The notes under the pieces were generated by a model. The model was not told where the DNA came from, ran no database searches, and worked only from the letters and a program-made list of their open reading frames with translations. 11,008 nucleotides of DNA from Myxococcota bacterium (GTDB lineage: Bacteria > Myxococcota_A > UBA9160 > PR03), in contig JBFIML010000078.1 of the NCBI GenBank assembly GCA_041611735.1, positions 1-11,008 on the forward strand, written 5' to 3'. This document shows, piece by piece, positions 6,509-11,008 of this stretch. Position 1 is the first letter of the stretch, and every line of letters starts with the position of its first letter. The translations under genes and the position numbers were made by a program.

Positions 6509-9500
6509 TCACATCTCCTGCTCGAGGGCCTTCCAGGGCGCAGGACCGGCTCCCTGCCCGCGGTACGTGAAGACGATCCCGCTCTGGGGATCCGAGCGGG
6601 GCGCCTCGCCGGGCGCTCCCACCGCGAGGTCCGCCTTGCCGTCCCCGTCGAAGTCGCCGGCGGCGAGGCAAGCACCCAACTCGTCGCCCGCCTCGTCGCT
6701 CCCGAGTCCTTCCTGTCCGAAGGCCTTCCAGGTGGCGAAGCCTCCCGTGCCGCCCCGGAAGGCGAAGACCCAGCCGGACTTCGGCTTCGAGCCCGGCGCC
6801 TCGCCGGGCGCCCCCACCGCGAGGTCCACCTTGCCATCCCCGTCGAAGTCGCCGGCGGCGAGGGAAGCGCCAAACAGGTCGTCCGCCTCGTCGCTTCCGA
6901 AGCCCTGCTGGCCGAAGCCGCTCCAGGCCGTGAGTCCGGACGGGGCGCCCCGGTAGGCATAGACCCACCCGGAGCGGGGCTTCGAGCCCGGCGCCTCGCC
7001 GGGCGCGCCCACGGCGAGATCCGCCTTGCCGTCGCCATCCACGTCGCCGGCGGCGAGCGCGGCCCCGAAGCGGTCGCCGGCCTCGTCGCTGTCGAGGCCC
7101 GCCTGCCCGAAGGACTTCCAGGGCTGGGGTCCCGCGGCGGCGCCCCGGTAGGTATAGACCCATCCCGTCCGCAGCAAGAGGCGCGTGCGGTCGAGATCGA
7201 GCTTGCGACCCGGAAGCTCGCCGCCTGGAAGCTCGAGCCTCCTCTGCTCGCTCTCCAGCACGGGCGGCTTGAGGAGCGGTGGCGAATCGGGCACCTCGCC
7301 CGGCGCCCCCACGGCGAGGTCCGCCTTGCCATCCCCGTCGAAGTCGCCGGCGGCGAGCGACGTGCCGAACAGATCGTCCACCTCGTCGCTGCCGATCCCC
7401 TCCTGCCCGAAGGCCTTCCAGCTCGTGAGTCCGTTGCTCGTGCCGCGGTACACGAAGACCCAGCCGGACTTGGGCTTCGAGGCGGGCGCCTCGCCGGGGG
7501 CACCGACCGCGAGATCATCCTTGCCGTCGCCGTCGAGGTCGCCGGCTGCGAGCGCCCAGCCGAAGCGGTCGTCGAGCTCGTCGCTCCCGAGCCCTCCCTG
7601 CCCGAAGGCCTTCCAGGGCTCGAGGCCGCGGAGGGTGCCGCGATAGGTGAAGACCCAGCCGGACTTGGGCTTCGAGCCGGGGGCCTCCCCGGGCGCTCCC
7701 ACCGCGAGATCGTCCTTGCCGTCGCCATCGAAGTCGCCCGCCGCCAGCGCGTGGCCGAAGCGGTCGCCCGCCTCGTTGGCCCCGAGGCCGTCCTGGCCGA
7801 AGGCCAGGGACGGGACCAGGCCCTGGGCCGAGCCCAGGTAGACGAAGACCCAGCCCGAGGCAGGATCCGAGCCCGGCGCCTCTCCGGGGGCCCCGACGGC
7901 GAGATCCAGCAGGCCGTCGCCGTTGAAGTCCCCGCTGGCCACGGCCCTGCCGAACTCGTCGCCGAGCTCGTTGAGGCCGAGATTGCCGAGCCGGATCGTG
8001 TTGTTGATGTAGACGTCGTCGATCTTGCGTCGGGAGTTGGCCGAGACGGCGTTGCGGTAGTTGGTGCGGAAGTTCCGGATCCCGTCCTTGACCCCGGCGT
8101 TCAGGTAGATCGAGAAGGCCCGCACGGCGCTCCCGAAGTGGATGAGGTCGCGGGTGTCCTTGTGCCGGTCCAGCAGGTCCCAGAAGACGCCGGCCACCCA
8201 GGTCTCGTTGGTGTCGCCGTTGCAGATGTCGGCGGGGTCGGGCTCCTCCAGCTCGAAGCCGCCGGCGTCGGGGTCGGCCTCGTTCTCGCCCTCCAGCACC
8301 CAATGGGGCACGGCGTTGGCGAAGCCCTCCCGCAGGGCGAGGCCCGTGTTGAAGCAATCGTCCAGGGTGTGCGGCCCACCCGCCCCCGGCGGCCGCTGGT
8401 TGCTCCAGTACTCGTTGTTGAGCTGATGGGCCAGCTCGTGCTGGATGGTGAAGTCGTCGGCGTGGGCGGCGATCAGCCAGACGTCACCGCCCACGCTGGC
8501 GCAGCTCCAGGGCACCCCTGACCCGTCGCCGCAGTCGTACCAGTCGTTGGGGAAGAAGAGCCGGATCGGGTTGTCCCGCTCCGGCGGGACGTCGTGGGTG
8601 GTGAACTTGTTCCAGAGCAGGTGGGCGCTCTCGTAGACGTCCCCGAGCCCGGCCACGGTGCCCGCAGCGGAGGTGTCCGCCACGCGATGCCCCACGTTCT
8701 CGTTGCTGGAGATGTTCTGCCGCACGGGGTCCTGCCACCAGTACGGGTTGTTTCCCTGGTCCTGGGGCATCACGTAGTAGCTGCCCGCACGGTACTTGAC
8801 CTGGATGTTCTGGCCGCCGAAGAGCAGGTTCGAGAAGGTGAGGGACCACTCGCCGGAGGGCGGGACGTAGCGGCTCGCCAGCGGGATCCAAAGCCCGATG
8901 GGCGTCTGTCCCCATACCTCCACCAGCCAGGCCCAGCCGGGATGGAGCTGGTCGTCCAGGCCGCGGTAGCTGAAGCGGCCGCGTACCGTGAAGCTCGGCG
9001 CCTGAGCGTGGGCGGCGGGAACCGGGTCGAGGGCCGTGAGCAGGCGGCGTCCGAGGCCGCGCCAGTCGAGCCGCGCCCCGGGCTCCGGCTCCTCGGTCGC
9101 GTCGGGATCGCTCCCGTCGGACTCCTCCAGCTCCTCGGACTGGGCCTCGACCTGCTCGGCATCCCCTTCGACGCCTCGTTTCAGGAGCCGGGATTTGTCG
9201 ATCCGGGTCTTGCCCGGGCGGACCGGCGCGATGCCCGGTTGAAGCGGCTCGAGGGGCTGCGTCGGGACGACGGGCGTGACGATGCCGGGCTGGGTCACGC
9301 CGCTCCCGCTCGGCTGCTCGGGCGTCTTCAGCACGCCGGTCACGTCGCCAGGCAACGGCACGACCTTCGCCCCGGCCGGGGCGTCCCGGGCGTCGTCGAT
9401 GGCGGGAGGCGGCTGGTCCTTCTCCGGCCGGGGCCGCTCGGGCAGATACAGGTCCTTGAGGGAGACCCGGCGATAGCGGTTGCCGGTCACGTGGAAGTAG

Positions 9501-9880
9501 AGGTCCACGGGCTGGCTCCCCAGGCGCACACCGCGCTCGTTGAAGACCTCGAGGCGCAGGATCACCCGGTGCTTGCCCTCTCCCTGGAGATCGAGCTGGA
9601 AGGGCACCCGTTCGCCGGCCCCGGCGCGGACCGCGACCCGTTGCGACGGCTTGACGGAGCCGTAGCGGGCATCCTCCAAGACCAGCGCCACCTGGAAGGT
9701 TCGATCCTTGAACTCGTTGCGCAGCTCCAGGGTGCCCCGGACCCGACCCACCGATCCCTCGGCGGGCACGTCCTTCACGGCCACCTGGAAGAAGCGCGTC
9801 GCCGTGTGTGCGGAGGCGGAGCTCGGGCCCGTGAGAAGCAGCGCGAGGCCGAGGCTCGCTCCGATCCAGGCTCTCGTCAT
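6509..9880 (-). CDS. Secreted zinc metalloprotease (HExxH...E) fused to a seven-bladed FG-GAP/integrin-alpha-like beta-propeller (1123 aa)
   Basis: ATG 9880 follows AGGAGGG (9893-9887); signal peptide MTRAWIGASLGLALLLTGPSSASA; HELAH (8440-8426) with EGFA 32 residues downstream; seven repeats of FG...GDxDGDG.DLAVGAPGE. Confidence 0.85.
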   Translation of the reverse strand: MTRAWIGASLGLALLLTGPSSASAHTATRFFQVAVKDVPAEGSVGRVRGTLELRNEFKDRTFQVALVLEDARYGSVKPSQRVAVRAGAGERVPFQLDLQGEGKHRVILRLEVFNERGVRLGSQPVDLYFHVTGNRYRRVSLKDLYLPERPRPEKDQPPPAIDDARDAPAGAKVVPLPGDVTGVLKTPEQPSGSGVTQPGIVTPVVPTQPLEPLQPGIAPVRPGKTRIDKSRLLKRGVEGDAEQVEAQSEELEESDGSDPDATEEPEPGARLDWRGLGRRLLTALDPVPAAHAQAPSFTVRGRFSYRGLDDQLHPGWAWLVEVWGQTPIGLWIPLASRYVPPSGEWSLTFSNLLFGGQNIQVKYRAGSYYVMPQDQGNNPYWWQDPVRQNISSNENVGHRVADTSAAGTVAGLGDVYESAHLLWNKFTTHDVPPERDNPIRLFFPNDWYDCGDGSGVPWSCASVGGDVWLIAAHADDFTIQHELAHQLNNEYWSNQRPPGAGGPHTLDDCFNTGLALREGFANAVPHWVLEGENEADPDAGGFELEEPDPADICNGDTNETWVAGVFWDLLDRHKDTRDLIHFGSAVRAFSIYLNAGVKDGIRNFRTNYRNAVSANSRRKIDDVYINNTIRLGNLGLNELGDEFGRAVASGDFNGDGLLDLAVGAPGEAPGSDPASGWVFVYLGSAQGLVPSLAFGQDGLGANEAGDRFGHALAAGDFDGDGKDDLAVGAPGEAPGSKPKSGWVFTYRGTLRGLEPWKAFGQGGLGSDELDDRFGWALAAGDLDGDGKDDLAVGAPGEAPASKPKSGWVFVYRGTSNGLTSWKAFGQEGIGSDEVDDLFGTSLAAGDFDGDGKADLAVGAPGEVPDSPPLLKPPVLESEQRRLELPGGELPGRKLDLDRTRLLLRTGWVYTYRGAAAGPQPWKSFGQAGLDSDEAGDRFGAALAAGDVDGDGKADLAVGAPGEAPGSKPRSGWVYAYRGAPSGLTAWSGFGQQGFGSDEADDLFGASLAAGDFDGDGKVDLAVGAPGEAPGSKPKSGWVFAFRGGTGGFATWKAFGQEGLGSDEAGDELGACLAAGDFDGDGKADLAVGAPGEAPRSDPQSGIVFTYRGQGAGPAPWKALEQEM
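6512..7981 (-). repeat. Seven tandem FG-GAP repeats, 65-aa / 195-nt period; repeat 4 carries a 35-aa insertion
   Basis: Protein-level alignment of the seven units. At DNA level GAAGACCCAGCCGGACTTGGGCTTCGAG is identical at 7454 and 7649, 195 nt apart. Confidence 0.93.
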
Positions 9881-10020
9881 GGAATGCCCTCCTGCTTGCG
9901 GCGACGGATCCATTCTCCCATCCCCAAGCCCCGGATTGAAGCCCGGAGAGCCGGCACAAGCCATCCTCCAATGGGTATCATGCGGGTCGGGTGAATTGCC
10001 CCACAGGAGAGGCGCCATCG

Positions 10021-11008
10021 ATGCACCAGATGCCTCGAGCCCGGGGCCTTGCACGCTGGGGAGCGGTGCTGCTCGCGGGACTGCTCGGCTGCTCGAGCGC
10101 ACCGCCGGCGGGCGGCGGTGCGCCCGGCATCCCGACGCCCCGCGCCGACGATCTCCTGATCGTCGACTGTCTGCTGCCGGGCGAGATCCGCAAGCTCGGA
10201 CGCAAGGTGGTGTTCGCCACGCCGCGTCGCCCCACGAAGACCACCGCGGTGGACTGCGAGATCCGGGGCGGCGAGTATGCGGCCTACGATCGGGCCAGCT
10301 ACGCCACGGCCCTCCAGGTCTGGCTCCCGGCCGCCCAGCAGGGCGATGCGAAGGCCCAGACCTACGTGGGCGAGATCTACGAGAAGGGGCTCGGCACCCG
10401 ACCGGACCACGCGGCCGCGGGGGTCTGGTACCGGCGCGCCGCGGAGCAGGGCGAGGCCCGGGCGCAGATCAACCTGGGACAGCTCTACGAGCTCGGCCTC
10501 GGCGTGGCCCGCGATCCCGCCGAGGCCCTGCGCTGGTACCGACGCGCCTCGGGGCTGGCCGAGGCCGACGTGGCCTACCTCCCCGCGGCGCCGCCGGCCC
10601 TGCCGCCGGAGCCCGAGCCGGCGCCCGCCGGGTCGGAGCGGCACGCGGCGCTCGAGGCGGAGGTCGAGCACCTGCAGGCGGAGCTCGCCACGCTGCGCGA
10701 CGAGCGCCGCCGGCGCAACGAGACGGCCGCGGCGGAGCGGGACGCGCTCGAGGTCACGCGTCGCGAGCTCGGAGCGAGTCGGCAGGAGCTCGAAGCCCGT
10801 GCAGAGCGTCTTCGCCTGGAGCGCGAGAACGCCGAACGCCGCGCTGCGGCGGCGGGCACGACCCGCTCGACGCTCGAGCAGCGTCTCGCCGAGCTGCGCG
10901 GCCAGGAGGACGAGCTGCTCCAGCGGCGCCAGGAGGTGTCGGAACGGGAGGCGGCCATCGCCGCGCGCGAGCGCGCCTTCGCGGGGCGCAACCAGGAGCT
11001 CGCGCGCC
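10021..11008 (+). CDS. Sel1-repeat, coiled-coil lipoprotein, 3'-truncated by the window edge; probably the Sel1 + peptidase C14 (caspase-like) family
   Basis: Hand translation from ATG 10021 is open to the window end: MHQMPRARGLARWGAVLLAGLLGC-SSAPP...DDLLIVDCLLPGEIRKLG...RRPTKTTAVDCEIRGGEYAAYDRASYATALQVWLPAAQQGDAKAQTYVGEIYEKGLG...WYRRAAEQGEARAQINLGQLYELGLGVARDPAEALRWYRRA, then E/R/A-rich heptads. AGGAGAGG at 10005-10012; lipobox-like LLGC with Cys at 10090. ATG 10030 is an alternative start. The caspase domain itself is not in the window. Confidence 0.85.
   Translation, partial: MHQMPRARGLARWGAVLLAGLLGCSSAPPAGGGAPGIPTPRADDLLIVDCLLPGEIRKLGRKVVFATPRRPTKTTAVDCEIRGGEYAAYDRASYATALQVWLPAAQQGDAKAQTYVGEIYEKGLGTRPDHAAAGVWYRRAAEQGEARAQINLGQLYELGLGVARDPAEALRWYRRASGLAEADVAYLPAAPPALPPEPEPAPAGSERHAALEAEVEHLQAELATLRDERRRRNETAAAERDALEVTRRELGASRQELEARAERLRLERENAERRAAAAGTTRSTLEQRLAELRGQEDELLQRRQEVSEREAAIAARERAFAGRNQELAR

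Noticed and set aside
4774..7728. 984-aa minus-strand ORF and other long shadow ORFs (235..1617, 5160..6956, 8594..9994, 9877..10671)
   Set aside because: They are alternative-frame or antisense shadows of well-supported genes, expected in high-GC DNA with few stop codons, and carry no family motifs.
6512..7981. CRISPR array or non-coding tandem repeat
   Set aside because: The period is 195 nt, in frame, with variation typical of coding sequence and no unique spacers; these are FG-GAP protein repeats.
9926..9962. Short AAGCC(C)GGA repeats and a possible sigma54 site (CGGCAC) in the divergent intergenic region
   Set aside because: The repeats are short and irregularly spaced, and the -12 TTGC element is missing at the required distance.
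9881..10102. 74-aa N-terminal extension of the FG-GAP protease (track start 10102)
   Set aside because: It would bury the signal peptide and overlap the divergent lipoprotein gene; the RBS supports ATG 9880.

Overview
GC-rich bacterial chromosomal window. The PEP-CTERM, FG-GAP and Sel1 gene content suggests a Myxococcota/deltaproteobacteria-like diderm; this is inference only. From left to right: a complete tmRNA gene (ssrA, minus strand, tag ADDNYALAA); divergent corA followed by an SDR oxidoreductase; a minus-strand ArsR - SRPBCC - DUF899 operon whose palindromic operator overlaps the ArsR start codon; a PEP-CTERM surface protein; an AAA+ ATPase with a degenerate MshEN-like N-terminus; a ~1123-aa secreted HExxH (gluzincin-type) metalloprotease fused to a seven-bladed FG-GAP (integrin-alpha-like) propeller; and a divergent Sel1-repeat/coiled-coil lipoprotein that runs off the right edge and is missing from the ORF track. 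No integrase, transposase or CRISPR array is visible. The most unusual part is the right third: the protease carries an internal signal-peptide-like AxA site and a short motif repeated in two disordered loops, and sits head-to-head with a Sel1 lipoprotein of a family I recall usually ending in a caspase-like (C14) domain.
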